DNA of 64,000 bases from Centroscyllium fabricii (taxonomy: Eukaryota). Positions 40,786 through 52,610 of the stretch are shown piece after piece (the first letter of the stretch is position 1; every line of letters begins with the position of its first letter). The DNA is taken from the NCBI GenBank assembly GCA_051313645.2, contig JBNRSN020000194.1, positions 372,001 through 436,000 of the forward strand. Direction: 5' to 3'. The position numbers and the translations under genes are program-made. Under the pieces are notes generated by a model that was not told the origin of the DNA, searched no databases, and was given only the letters and a program-made list of their open reading frames with translations.

Positions 40786-43700
40786 TCAGCACTGTGTTAT
40801 CAGTCTTTGAGGAGGTCGAACAGTCCGAGCAGACCTGCGAGGCAGTGGCGGTTCTCGTGAATAGGCGGGAGTATTCGCAATTGGAAAAGACGCTGACGGA
40901 GCTCCCGACGTGAACAGGGACTCCACCGGTGGAAGAGGTACCTCAGGCGCAGGAAGATCTGGAGAAGGTGTAGCAGCCGCCGGAAGAGTAGGCTGAGCAA
41001 TGTGATGAGCTCCGTCGTGCATTGTGGGTGACGAGGGCCCCGATGTAGTGTGCGCAGGTGAACGAAAAGACGGCCCCTGTTGTGAAAATGTGACCTGGGA
41101 GGGCAAGGGCTCCGCCAACGATGCTAAGTGAATGTCTCCAGCGGGCGCCAGGTCTCTAATCGAGACAGTATCCTCACGCCCGTCTGGGTACTTCACGTAG
41201 GCATACTGAGGGTTGGCATGCAGCAGGTGCACACGTTCAACAAGAGGTCTTGTGTCCATGGACATACCTCCTAAGCAGAACCGGCCCCGGGTTGGTAAGC
41301 CACGTTGGCAGAGACATTCCCGAAGTCGATTTCCCAGGAAAAGAGAAGAGTTTCTCGTGAGGCGTGCAACCGGTGGCTGTACACAAGAGGGAACGGGTAG
41401 CGTGGAGCGCATCCTGGAGGACCTCCTGCCAGTGGGAAGTTGGAAGGCCTTTGGATCGAAGGGCCAGGGTGATGGCCTTCCAGATGGTCTCATTATAATG
41501 TTCTAACTGACCGTTCCCCCGGGGGTTGTAACTGGTCGTTCTGCTCGAGGCAACCCCCCTCACAAGCAGAAAATGACGCAGTTCGTCACTCATAAATGAG
41601 AACCCCCCGGTCGCTGTGTATGAAGCCGGGAAGTCCGAAAATGGTGAATAGCATGATAAAATGCTTTATCACTGTTGCACTCTTCATATCTGGGCATGGG
41701 AATGAAAAAGGGAAACGGGAGAACTCGTCGACCACAGTGAGAATGTACGAGTTACGATTGGTAGAGGGGAGGGGACCTTTGAAGTCCACACTCAGGTGCT
41801 CAAATGGGCGTGTGGCCTTGATGAGGTGCGCCCTGTCAGGCCTGTAAAACTGGGGCTTGCACTCAGCACAGACAGGGCTCTCCTGCCTCATCACCTTGAT
41901 CTCCGCAATGGAATAAGGGAGATTGCATGATTTGACGAAGTAAGCGAGCCTGGTGACCCCTGGGTGGCAGAGATTAGCGTGGAGGGTGTTCAGACTACCC
42001 GACTGGGCGCTGGCACATGATCCTCGGGACAGGGCGTCCGGGGGATCGTTAAGCTTCCCTGGCCGGTACAGAATGTCGTACTCAAAAGCGGAGAGTTCGA
42101 TCCACCACCTGAGGATCTTGTCATTCTTGATTTTACCCCTCTGTTTATGGTGGAACATAAACGCTACTGACCGCTGGTCAGTAAGAAGGGTAAAACGTTT
42201 ACTGGCCAAATAGTGGCACCAGTGGCGCACTGCTTCCACGATTGCTTGGGCCTCCTTTTCCACTGAAGAGTGGCGGACTTCAGGGCCCTGTAGGGTATGG
42301 GAGAAGAAAGCAACGGGCCTGCCAGCCTGGTTAAGGGTGGCAGCCAGGGAGAAATCTGAGGCATCCATCTCGATCTGGAAGGGGAGAGACTCATCAATGG
42401 CGTGCATGGTAGCCTTGATGATGTCTTGCTTGATATGCGAAAATGCAATTTGGGCCTCTAACGGGAGCGGGAAGAAGGTAGCTCCGAGGAGAGGCTGGGC
42501 CTTATCAGCATAATGGGGAACCCATTGTGCATAGTAAGAGAAAAGCCACAGGCATCTCCTCAAAGATTTGGGGGAGTGCGGTAGGGGCAGCTCCTGAAGG
42601 GGGTGCATACGTTCGGGTTCGGGGCTGAGGACCCCGTTCTCAATTACGTAGCCGAGGATAGCCAACTGGTTAGTGTTGAAAACACACTTATCCTCATTGT
42701 AAGTGAGGTTCAGACGCTGGGCCGTACGGAGAAACCTGTCCAAATTGGCATCATGATCTTGCTGGTCATGGCCACAGATCGTGACATTGTCCAAATACGG
42801 GAATGTGGCCTGCAAATGGTACTGGTCAACCATTCGGTCCATCTCCCATTGGAAGACCGAAACTCCGTTGGTAACCCCAAAGGGGACCCAGAGAAAGTGA
42901 AAAAGGCGCCCATTTGACTCGAAGGCAGTTTATTTACGGTCCTCAGCTCTGATGGGGAGCTGGTGATAGGCCGACTTAAGGTCGATGGTGGAGAAGACCT
43001 TATACTGGGCAATCTGATTGACCATGTCATTGATCCTAGGAAGTGGATAAGCGTCGAGCCCAGTGTAGTGGTTAATGGTCTGACTATAGTCAATGACTAT
43101 GTGCTGTTTGTCGCCAGACTTAACCACTACCACCTGGGCCCGCCACGGGCTGTTACTGGCCTCGATGATGCCCTCCCGCAACATCCGAGCAACCTCTGCC
43201 TTGATAAAGGTGCGGTCCCCCGCGCTGTATCGCCGACTCTTGGTTGCAATGGGCTTGCAGTCAGGGTCAAGGTTGGTGAACAGCGAGGGGGGGTCTATCT
43301 TCAAGGTAGACAGACCGCAAGAGGAGTGTGGTTGTGAAGCAGGGCAGTCGCGGCTGCTGACCGTGAGAGGAGGCAGGGGACCGCTGTATGCCATCGTCAA
43401 GCTCTGCAGATGGCACTGGAAGTCCAGGCCAAGCAACACAGGGGCGCAGAGCTGTGGGAGGACGTACTGTGGAAAGTTGCGGTATGTCGTCCCCTTCACA
43501 GTAATAGTGACTGTACAGCAGCCGATGACGTCCACAGTCTGGGACTCGGAGACGAGGGAGATTTTACAATGTGTGGGCCTAACCCTGAGGGAATAACGGC
43601 GCACCATATCAGGATGTATGAAGCTCTCCATACTCCCAGTGTCGAACAGACATCGGGTGAGGTGCCCCTCAACCCGGAGGGGCATCATCGATAACACGAG

Positions 43701-43808
43701 AGACTGGTTGGGGGCTGTAGAGCCAAGTGTGGGGTGCGCGCTGGGGCCCTTCTGCAATGCAGTGTCCGCGGGTGATGGCGGCGCCCGTGATTCGCATGCG
43801 GCGGGCAC
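40786..43808 (-). pseudogene. pol: Frameshifted Gypsy pol (protease, RT, RNase H, integrase)
   Basis: ORF pieces carry LFDTGS (PR), SPWRAQVVVV/IDLKSAYHQL and FPYLDNVTICG (RT), MDASD/EKEAQA/TDQ (RH), HPG..CAEC, VDFKGP, HSDRG and GNGQLE (IN); broken at about 42900, 41590 and 41300. Confidence 0.92.
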
Positions 43809-43870
43809 AAGCGCCAGAATGCTGAATTGGCCTGGAGTTGCCTGTTGCTGCTGCCAGGATCGTAGTCGTT

Positions 43871-45335
43871 TACAAGATACAAGATCCTTTATTTGCCATA
43901 TGTAACAAGTACAATGGAATGCTTACTCCCCGTTCACTCCCACACTTATAAAGAAAAAAGCACGAGTAAAAGTAGAACAAGTGTAAGTATAAAAAAAACA
44001 ATTAATAACAGATAATAACAGTTGCCGATAGCCGTTCAGTAGGCGCACTGCCTGCGGATAAAAACTGTTTTTAAATCTGCTGGTCCTGGTTTGAATGCTA
44101 TGGTACCGACGGCCAGATCGCAGGAGGGAAAACAGATCGTGCCCAGGGTGGTTGGGGTCTTTAATAATAGCACCGGCCTTGTTCCGACATCTAGTCTGGA
44201 AAATCTCTTCAATGGCTGGGAGTGTGCACCCAATGATTTTTTCTGCCATCCTCACAACCCTCTGGATGGCTTTCCTGTCCTGAGCAGTGGTATTGCCATA
44301 CCACACAGTGACGCCACCTGACAAGACGCCCTCTATGGTTCCGCGGTAAAAGTTTACAAGCCATTTTATGCTTATGCCACATTTCCTCAGGCACCGCAGG
44401 GGGTAAAGGCGCTGGTGTGCCTTCTTCAGCATTTCCTTGGTGTTAAAATTCCAAGTTAGATCATCAGAGATCTGCAGACCTAGGAACCGAAAACAACTGA
44501 CTCTTTCTACCGGTACCCCGCCTATTGTGATTGGTAGGTGGTTCTTTTGATGGCGTCTAAAGTCCACGATGAGTTCCTTCGTTTTGCTGACGTTCAGGGC
44601 AAGATTATTTTCCTTGCACCATTCCATCAGCTTAACTATCTCATCCCTGTACTCTGTCTCGTCCTCATTACTGATCAGGGCAATTACCGTGGTGTCATCG
44701 GCAAACTTTATTATTCGGTTGTTACTGTATTGGGCTGTACAATCATGTGTAAACAGAGAGTACAGCCGAGGACTGAGGCAGCAGCCCTGTGGCACTCCGG
44801 TATTGAGGATCAGTGTGGAGGAGATGTTGTTCCCAATTCTCACCCTTTGAGGCCTACCAGTCAGGAAGTCCAGAATCCAGTTGCAAATGGGGGTGCCCAG
44901 ACCTAAGTCCTTCAGTTTCAGGATTAGCTTAGAGGGGACGATAGTATTAAACGCAGAGCTGTAGTCGATAAACAACAGTCTAGCGTAAGTCTCCCTTTTA
45001 TCCAGATGTTCTAGGACAGTGTGCAGTGCTAGGGAGATTGCGTCATCCACAGACCTGTTCGCCCTGTATGCAAACTGGAACGGATCCAAGGACTCAGGGA
45101 TAATGCTGTTTATATGCGTCGCCACCAGCCTTTCCAGGCATTTCATGGCTATGGATGTCAGGGCTACCGGTCGATAGTCATTAAGACCCGTTATCTTGGT
45201 CTTCTTTGGCAGCGGCACAATGGTTGCCTCCTTAAAACACACTGGCACGACAGACTGCTGCAGCGAGATATTGAAAATGTCTGTGAACACGGGTGCCAGC
45301 TGGTCCGCACATGTCTTAAAGACGCGGGATGTTAC
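43871..45335 (-). mobile_element. Young 5'-truncated Rex1/Babar LINE inserted in the Gypsy gag-pol linker
   Basis: Uninterrupted RT ORF followed by AATAAA and a (TCTTGTA)2 tail; no clear TSD beyond a shared GTAA. Confidence 0.92.
43923..45290 (-). CDS. Rex1/Babar reverse transcriptase, N-terminally truncated (455 aa open)
   Basis: [37 protein letters not shown] and [15 protein letters not shown] motifs. The frame is open, but the element lacks its 5' end, so expression is unlikely. Confidence 0.8.
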   Translation of the reverse strand: MFTDIFNISLQQSVVPVCFKEATIVPLPKKTKITGLNDYRPVALTSIAMKCLERLVATHINSIIPESLDPFQFAYRANRSVDDAISLALHTVLEHLDKRETYARLLFIDYSSAFNTIVPSKLILKLKDLGLGTPICNWILDFLTGRPQRVRIGNNISSTLILNTGVPQGCCLSPRLYSLFTHDCTAQYSNNRIIKFADDTTVIALISNEDETEYRDEIVKLMEWCKENNLALNVSKTKELIVDFRRHQKNHLPITIGGVPVERVSCFRFLGLQISDDLTWNFNTKEMLKKAHQRLYPLRCLRKCGISIKWLVNFYRGTIEGVLSGGVTVWYGNTTAQDRKAIQRVVRMAEKIIGCTLPAIEEIFQTRCRNKAGAIIKDPNHPGHDLFSLLRSGRRYHSIQTRTSRFKNSFYPQAVRLLNGYRQLLLSVINCFFYTYTCSTFTRAFFFISVGVNGE

Positions 45336-45369
45336 TGCAGCGCCTGTATTGTTAAATTTGTCCTACACA

Positions 45370-45640
45370 AAGATGGCGGCGTCATGTGATGGGGCGGGCC
45401 CACTGCTGCTGGGATGCGGGCTGTCCTATACCAAGATGGTGGCATCACGTGGTGGGGCGTGGCCGCTGCTGCCGTGATGTAGGAAGATGACGGCGTCACA
45501 TGATGGGGCAGGGACTCTGCTGCCGGGATGCAGGCTGTCCTAGACCAAGATGGCGGTGTCACGTGATGGGGCATGGCCGCTGCTACCATGATGCAGGAAG
45601 ATGGCGGTGTCACATGATGGGGCGGGGCCTCTGCCACCAG
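45370..45640. repeat. Five-unit tandem repeat with alternating 63/51-bp spacing
   Basis: AAGATG(G/A)(C/T)GG..TCA(C/T)(G/A)TG.TGGGGC units at 45370, 45433, 45484, 45547 and 45598. Confidence 0.9.
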
Positions 45641-45760
45641 GAGGCCCGACGGCGCCCGTGTTTCACGCCATTCCGGGGAGGAAGAAGGCCGCACCCCCAA
45701 TGATGGTGGAGTGCGGGAAACGACGTTGGCAGGCCACATCCGAGGCAAGGTAGGTAGCAA

Positions 45761-46610
45761 TCATTCTGGGGGCCACTGTTGGGGGGCGCTAGGTACCTGA
45801 GGCCACTCTGTGGTGTGGACATCGCAGGCTGCTGCCGTTTTCCTTGTTGATTCCGGGGCCGATCGGCAGACCATCGCAAAATGGCCCTTCTTGCCACATT
45901 TGGAGCAGGACAACGCCTTTGCTGGGCAGGGGCTTCGTGGATGGCGTTTCTGGCCACAAAAAAAGCATTTCAGAGGCGCTGGCTGTCCAAATGGCGCCGT
46001 GGAGGCCACGGTCGCCATCGAGGGTGTCAAGCGCAAGTCCCAAGGCCCAGGGAAAACCGCGTTGGAGCCGTGCCCCGTTTATGAATCCAGGCGCCGGAGG
46101 GCCCCATCCACCGCGTTGGAAAGCTTCACCGCCTGATTCAGGGACAAATTATCCTGCTTGAGCAGGTGGGTGCGAGCTGGGGCCGATCTGATGCCTGCCA
46201 CATAGGCATCGTGGACGAGGAGGTCCATGTGCTCCTGGGCGTTAACAAGGGCACATTTGCAGCGCAGAACGAGAGCTTGAAGAGCCTCCAGGTACTCCTC
46301 ATTCGACTCACCATGCTGTTGCCTCCGCGTGGCGAGTAGATGGCGAGCGTAGATGGCGTTGACTGGCTGGAGGGATCGAGCCTTCAGTAGCTCCAATGCT
46401 GCATCATAGTCAGTGGCGTTCTTAATGGTGGAATATACCCTGCCACTCACGCAGGAGACCAGGACTCATCTCTTGTGCGCGTCGCTGACTCCGGCCACTA
46501 CAAGGAACAATTCAAAACAGCTCAGCCAGTGCTCAAAATCGTTCGACGCATTCGGTGCCGGGGGTTGAGGTCGAGAGTTTTTGGTTTAAGGATAGTTTTC
46601 CAATTCTCAG
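45761..46610 (-). pseudogene. gag: Frameshifted Gypsy gag with two zinc-knuckle motifs
   Basis: YARHLLATRRQQHGES capsid-like segment; CFFCGQKRHPRSPC and CSKCGKKGHFAMVC; several frame breaks. Confidence 0.85.
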
Positions 46611-46668
46611 ATGCTGCTGGCTGGTGGCTCTGTTGTTGGTCATCATTCCGCTGGCTCATTGTAAAATT

Positions 46669-46684
46669 TTCTTTGTAAATAAAA
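46669..46684 (-). promoter_or_regulatory. Non-tRNA primer-binding position, complementary to the element's own LTR
   Basis: TTCTTTGTAAATAAAA (46669-46684) is the perfect reverse complement of 46732-46747; no TGG follows the LTR. Confidence 0.75.
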
Positions 46685-46685
46685 T

Positions 46686-47805
46686 TGTGGAGCCTCAAAT
46701 CAGAGCCGACAGCTTGTTCTTAACAAAAGGCTTTTATTTACAAAGAACTGAACCTTGTCTGCGATGAGTCCGCCCAGAATGAGAGTCAGGTGGGCGGAGC
46801 ATTCTCCTTTATACTCGTACCCAGAGGCGGGGTCAGCCGGTCCAGGTCCTTACAGAAAGGTACCGATATATTAACCCAAACTATATACAATGGGCCCTGT
46901 TTTCCTGTGTGCCGGTTAGTGCGTGCGCTAGGACCCTGTGGACTCCTAGTCGCACGCACCAACATTGCACAGAAGTTTCAACATCAATTTCCTCCTCGTT
47001 CCTGCGCTGCGTGGCAGTCTAGCCATGCTAGGTGCGCAGTGTATGCCCCGCCCACAGATCCCAAATTTAATTTAAAAACACCCCCCAGATCCCTAATTTA
47101 AATAAACAGATCCCAAGTCGGACCTTTGTGAGAGCAGGGAAGTGCGGACCTGCACTCACAGAATTGGCGGGGGAGCAGCGCGGGCACAGCAGCTTCTCAG
47201 AGGAAGAAACGGAAGGTAAGTCTCCCATTTTGTCCTCTTAGATTTTTTAATAGCTAGAGAGTTAAAAATTTCAGAAATGTAACTTTAAAAATTAACGATT
47301 TGAAACAGGTAAATTAACTTAAAATCGGATTTGTAATTTTTAAAAAAAAACTTTAACTTAAAAATTTAACGCTACCGATCTGGCTACACTACTCCCAAAA
47401 ACTGTAAAAAAATAAAATTAAAGTTAAAAAATTAACTTACCTGCTTCAGTAACTAAATCTTCTCCCTCACGCATGAGTTTACTACTCGTTTTTAAATGTG
47501 CAGCTTGTGAGCCAGTTGCACACGGAATCACTCTCCAAAAATCACCGTTCTGACAGGAAATCGTCAGTTCAAGGTCTTCCTGCGTTGGAAGCTGATGGGC
47601 CTTGCCCATCAGCACAGGAAATTCCCGTTCGTGGGCATCCCCCGTGCTGCACACCCACGGGGCATTTCTGACCCCCCTTCGTGAGTGTGCAGCTCCTCTG
47701 GAGCACAGGAAAACAGGGCCCATTAATCCAGAAAGGCACAGCTATATTAACCCAAACTATATACAATAATCACACAGTGTGAACCACACCAAAAGGTTCA
47801 TCACA
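46686..47805 (-). repeat. 5' LTR of the Gypsy element, split by a MITE
   Basis: 46686-46891 plus 47725-47805 match 40460-40746; TG...CA termini. Confidence 0.95.
46892..47721. mobile_element. 830-bp MITE, PIF/Harbinger-like
   Basis: Perfect 18-bp TIR GGGCCCTGTTTTCCTGTG; 3-bp TSD AAT/ATT, and the empty site in the other LTR reads ATT. Confidence 0.9.
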
Positions 47806-48458
47806 TGGGGCCCACGTGTTCAGGGTAAGGGGGGGGGAGGTGAGGTTGCCTAACTTCACAGACTGCAATTTCAGGGTCCAGTTGCAGAGTGAGGTGTTCA
47901 GGCCGAGGTAGAGGAGTTTGTTAGACAATTTGCTGGGGACGATGGTGTTGAATGCTGAGCTGTAGTCAATAAACAGCATTCTGATATATGTATCTTTGCT
48001 ATCGGACCCAAACTGCAGATTACAGACTGCAATGTAAATGTGTTTTTTACAGGTCAGGTCTCAAAATAATTTTGATGGTAAAAACATTCAAATGAACTGT
48101 TTATGTGCAAGTGTTACATCAGTGAGATATCACAACATCACCAGTAAGCAAATCCCCACAAGTCCAGAACAGGTTTTGGAGATGCCTCTGTGAATTGGGA
48201 CTCCAAACTGAAAGGAATTTGAGAACAATGTATTCTGACTTCTATCAATTGAGTATAAATGCACCCTTAATAATGCAGTATTTCACAAGTAACTGCTACT
48301 TCATCAACAAACAGTTCAAAGAAAGTAAGCAAATTATTTACCCAAAGGCAATTAATTATCCTTTGAGTGCACTGTTGTGTTTTTAGTGGTTGGCATTTTT
48401 AGCCTGATTCCTTGCAGAAGCCAATCATTCACCTTGCTGAGTTTGTTTCACTTTTTAA

Positions 48459-49110
48459 AGAAACTTAACTGGACCAGCCACATAAATACTGCGGCTGCAA
48501 GAGCAGGTCAGAGGCTGGGTATTCTAGAGCGAGTGTCTCATCTCCCGACTACCCAAAGCCTTTCCACCATCTTCAAGGCACAAGTCAGAAGTGTGATGGA
48601 ATACTCTCCACTTGCCTGGATGAGTGCAGCTCCAACAACACTCAAGAAGCTCAACACCATCCAGGACAAAGCAGCCTGTTTTGATCAGCACTCCATCCAC
48701 CACCTTAAACATCCACTCCCTCCATCACCAGCGTACTGTGGCTGCATTGTGCACCATCTACAAGAGGTACTGCAGTAGCTCCCCAAGGCTTCTTCGACAT
48801 TACCTCCCAAACCCGCGACCTCTACCACCTAGAAGGACAAGGGTAGCAGACGCTGGGAAAACCAATACCTCTAAGTTTTCCTCCAAATCACACACCATCT
48901 GACTTGGACCTAAATCGCCGATCCTTCATTGTCACTGGGTCAAAATCCTGGAACTGCCTCTCTAACAGCTCTGTGGGAGTACATTCACCACACAGACTGC
49001 AGTGGTTCAAGGAGGTGGCTCACCACCACCTTCTCAAGGGCAATTAGGGATGTGCAATAAATGCTGGTCTTACCAGTGACGCCCACATCCCAGAAATGAA
49101 TAAAAAATAA
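48459..49110 (+). mobile_element. 5'-truncated CR1-group LINE, same family as 36492-37043
   Basis: KLNWTSHINT...FKAQVRSVMEYSPLAWMSAAPTTLKKLNTIQDKAA; the 3' UTR aligns with the other copy. Confidence 0.85.
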
Positions 49111-49340
49111 TTAGAGAATTTCACAAGGGAAAGAAGCTACTCCACTCAGCTAGCTCATTCAGTTATTTCAGTCTATGGACGGAACTCATTCTTATCACCT
49201 CTTCTCTGTTCTGACACCAAGACTGTATCCTTGTACTCCCTAAATGAATCATTCATTTATTTTTTGAATATGTCACCCAAGCTTGGTGGCAAAGTAAGCT
49301 GTTAGCTAGCAGCTCAAAGTGTGAAATGATCTGAAGTGTA

Positions 49341-49705
49341 GGAAAACACAGTGGTGCAGTGGTTAGCACTGCTGCCTCACAATAAGGAGCTCCTGGGTTT
49401 GAATCCTGCTTGGCCCGGAACCTCTCTGCGTGGAGTTTGCACGTTCTCCCCGTGTTCATGTGGGTTTCCTCCGGGTACTCCCACCACCCAAAGACATGCA
49501 GGTTAGGTGAATTGGAGATACTAAAAATTGCCCATGAGTATGTGTGTGAGATAGTTCTTAGAGTTGGGGGTGTCGGGGGATATGGGGAGAGGGTAGGAAG
49601 GGGATGCTGGGTTTGGATGATCAGCCATGATCTCATCAAAAAATGGCAGAGCAGGCTTGAAGGGCTGAATGGCCGACTCCTGCTCCTAGCTTCTGTGTTT
49701 CTGTG
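49341..49705 (+). mobile_element. HE1-type tRNA-derived V-SINE
   Basis: A box TGGTGCAGTGG, B box GGTTTGAATCC, V-domain GTGGAGTTTGCACGTTCTCCCCGTG...GGGTTTCCTCCGGG, HER1-type tail. Confidence 0.9.
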
Positions 49706-49979
49706 ATCACTCCTTAAGATCTATATAGTTCAAGGCTTCCTTTGTGTATAATCATATCCCCCTAAGGCTCCTCATTTGGTTCAGCTTCTTCACAGCCTCT
49801 CCATCTAAATCCCCTCATGAATTCTGCTCTCTTGTAATATATTTTTTGCCAATTGTTCCCATAAGCTCTTTTGATATCTCTTGTAATAAACCTGCAACAA
49901 TCATTGTATCTCCACCTTGAACTTTTTCTATTGTTACTGTAAGCGAGGAACATCTGGAAGGTAAAATAGAACTAACAGA

Positions 49980-51770
49980 TGTAAGGAGCGTGCGCCGTAT
50001 ATTTTACTGTACGACTTGGGGTCCGTTACTGCCTTGCGCTAGCAGTCCGCTAGGCCTCGCGCAATAACCTCCTCCCCCGCGAGCGGTTCGAATCGCTCAC
50101 TCTTTACGGTTCTAGACGCTGGACTTAGGTGCAGGAAGAGAGAGAGAGAGAGATGGATACCGATTGGACTCAGATATTTTATACTCGAATAAAAGTTTGT
50201 AAAGTTGGAAGGTTTTTATTACACCAAGAGATATATTTACAGCAGTAAGGATAAAGGTTTATTACACCAAGAGATATATTTACAGCAGTTAGGTTGTATT
50301 TCATCAGAGTGACACAGTATGACACATCAACAACTGTTTCCCAAACCGATACATATAGGTACATACACAGATAACTTATGGGATGGGGAACGCACGGCAC
50401 AACGTAAATCGGGGCAATGACTCTATGAATACACCCCAAATAAACCACCCTTCCCTCTATTGCCTAGCTATGTCCAGGTGTGTAGGATCGAGGCACATGC
50501 TCACCACTCGGTAATACTCGGGATCTGCTATGAAGTTCCTCGCTTCTTCGGCTGCAGCGTCGGTCGTCACGTGGCTGTGGAAGATTCGGGAGTCCACTTG
50601 TTGTTCTCTCCCTTTGGGCGGCGGTCGCTCCTGCTCGGGCTGGTCCCGGACGGATTCCTCGAGGCTGCTCTATCTCCTCGCACCAACCACACCGTCTCCC
50701 TGGCTGAACCGGACCCTGGGGTATGCCGATCCTGCCCTCTCAAGCCGAACTGTAACGGGCTGCTAGCCTAATCGTTCTCCCACTCTTCGAACGCTAGTTT
50801 ATTCTTAGTCAACTGCAACCAGCCTTTTCTAACTCACTCACTTTGAATGCTTTGCTTCGCTAATGGGCCTCAGCAACTAACTACCTCACCGGCAATGGTT
50901 TTCCGATGCGATACTGCCCTGACCCAACTCTGCTGTCCTGCCAGAGCCTTCACCCTGTTTGCCCTGCACCCAGAAAACTGAACTGGAGTCTTCGAAACAG
51001 AGAACCCACCCAAAGTCACTGCTAGACCTCACCGCTTCAAGAGGTCGCCTCCACGAGTCAAGAGAGAGAAATCCAAGAGCCTTCTCCAAGAGCTCACCGA
51101 TGAGAAGAGCTAAGAGCTCAGCGCTAAGAGTTCCAAGAGAGAGGAGTCTACCAGCGAGCCCTCTCCAGAGAGCCCACAGATGAGAAGAGATTTTCAAGAG
51201 ATCGAACTGTACAATGTCCTGCTAGTTATACCCCAAAGTCGAAATGCCTAATGTCTTTCCCATTAGGGCCTGTATTGTGTGTGGAAAGCAGTTACTGCAC
51301 TCCTTTTGTCCAGCCAAGCCTGCCGGTAATAGTTTTGATGGTGGCTCTAACTTCTCCGGTTAGAGTCCCATTGTTTTCAAGGGTGCTAATCGCTTTATGC
51401 TCGAAGGGTATACAATTTCTGTAGCTGGTTAAACGGGCCAGCTGCTTCGTATTTGCAGTTGTTTTGGGTGTTTATTTAAACTGGGTGCATTTCTTTGTCG
51501 GGCTAATCGGTTTCTAAAGGGCAGGCCATTTATTTACAGGTTTAACAGCGCCTTTATGTCTGGTTTCTTCGCGGGCTTTTCGAGTTGAGTTTTAGTTTCG
51601 GTTTTGCACTATGCCATGTGGTCCGGCGGCCATCTTGGAGGCCCCTTTTCTCTGATCAGGCCGCAGCCTGTCTTGTCTGTCATTGTCCAAATAAAAGAAA
51701 ATGTGTATACTCCATCCTTCGTTTCTGGTCTTTGTGAATCCGATTTAACAGGGAATATTGCGACCTTACA
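49980..51770 (-). repeat. 3' LTR (1791 bp)
   Basis: Matches 60698-62488 at offset 10718, with about 7 substitutions seen by eye. Confidence 0.98.
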
Positions 51771-51779
51771 GTCCCTCCT
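51771..51779 (-). promoter_or_regulatory. Short polypurine tract
   Basis: Minus strand AGGAGGGAC immediately precedes the TG of the 3' LTR. Confidence 0.65.
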
Positions 51780-52610
51780 GTTGATTAGCATAACCCTGCT
51801 TAGCGAATCAATTAAGAAAGGTTGAGCAAGATTCCCGATTCTCCACACCTCAACTCTCCTGGTTACCTAAATTAACTCTTGCCCCATGGCACATGTGGTT
51901 CCCATTCCCTTTGATCAACCTCGCATTGCCTTTACCCTGGGCAATCGTATATTTACACCACCATGTCTTACACCTCCTGGTTCCTTCCACGTCTGCCAGG
52001 CCGATGCCTTCGTCTCCACCTGTTTATATCATTCATTAACTCAAAAGGGACCTCACACAACCATCAGGAAAATATAAACACACACATTTCTCCCCTCATG
52101 AATCCCCCCATTTGTCCCCAAAGTTTGTACAGTGTTCTGGCGGTCTTCTGCAGCCACCACCATCGGCTCGCTGGGATCTTCCTATCCCTCAACGGAAGTA
52201 AGTCCTTTTACCGATGATAGCGCCGGTCCTGGGTGCGATGGTCTTGATCCGGGGCACATAAAACCAAGTCTCTCCACAAGCAGATTCCGACGTGCTGGGA
52301 TGCTCCATTGGGTCCGTTCCCAGCCGTCCGTACTCCCCGGTGTGGCCCCGGCAGGCCAGTCCATCTTTGATGCCCGCACACGTCATCAGAATCCCCGCCT
52401 CTCTGGGTTCTGTAATCAAACAAAGGGGTTGCCGGCCTCCCAAGAGCGCCTGGCTGTGGTGAGATGTGCACGCCTCCTGGACAGATCCCATATTACCTAA
52501 ACACTCCCCTTTACCTTTAACAAAAATTGAAACTTAATTCGGGCTACTCCCTTGACACTAACAAACTTATTTTTCATTATGTACAGTGCCGCCTCTCCCG
52601 GGCGGCCTAC

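Larger units (their letters stand above)
40460..47805 (-). mobile_element. Degenerate Ty3/Gypsy LTR retrotransposon (full length, with two secondary insertions)
   Basis: LTRs at 40460-40746 and 46686-47805, 5-bp TSD TGAGG/TGGGG, PPT at 40747-40760, gag-PR-RT-RH-IN domain order. Confidence 0.95.
38818..48003 (-). mobile_element. Old 5'-truncated Rex1/Babar LINE in three pieces (38818-39349, 40100-40459, 47806-48003), host of two insertions
   Basis: Pieces join into collinear RT motifs: [18 protein letters not shown]...LNTWAP | QDCVLSHLLYSL...IIKFADDT...VERVSSFK...TSSLIK | AQQRLYFLRKL...LPSGRCYRSIRTRTTRFKNSFFP, then an AATAAA tail. Confidence 0.9.

Noticed and set aside
50179-51197. LTR-encoded ORFs, repeated at 60897-61915
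   Set aside because: They are short, those checked start at TTG rather than ATG, and they have no motifs; their duplication simply reflects LTR identity.
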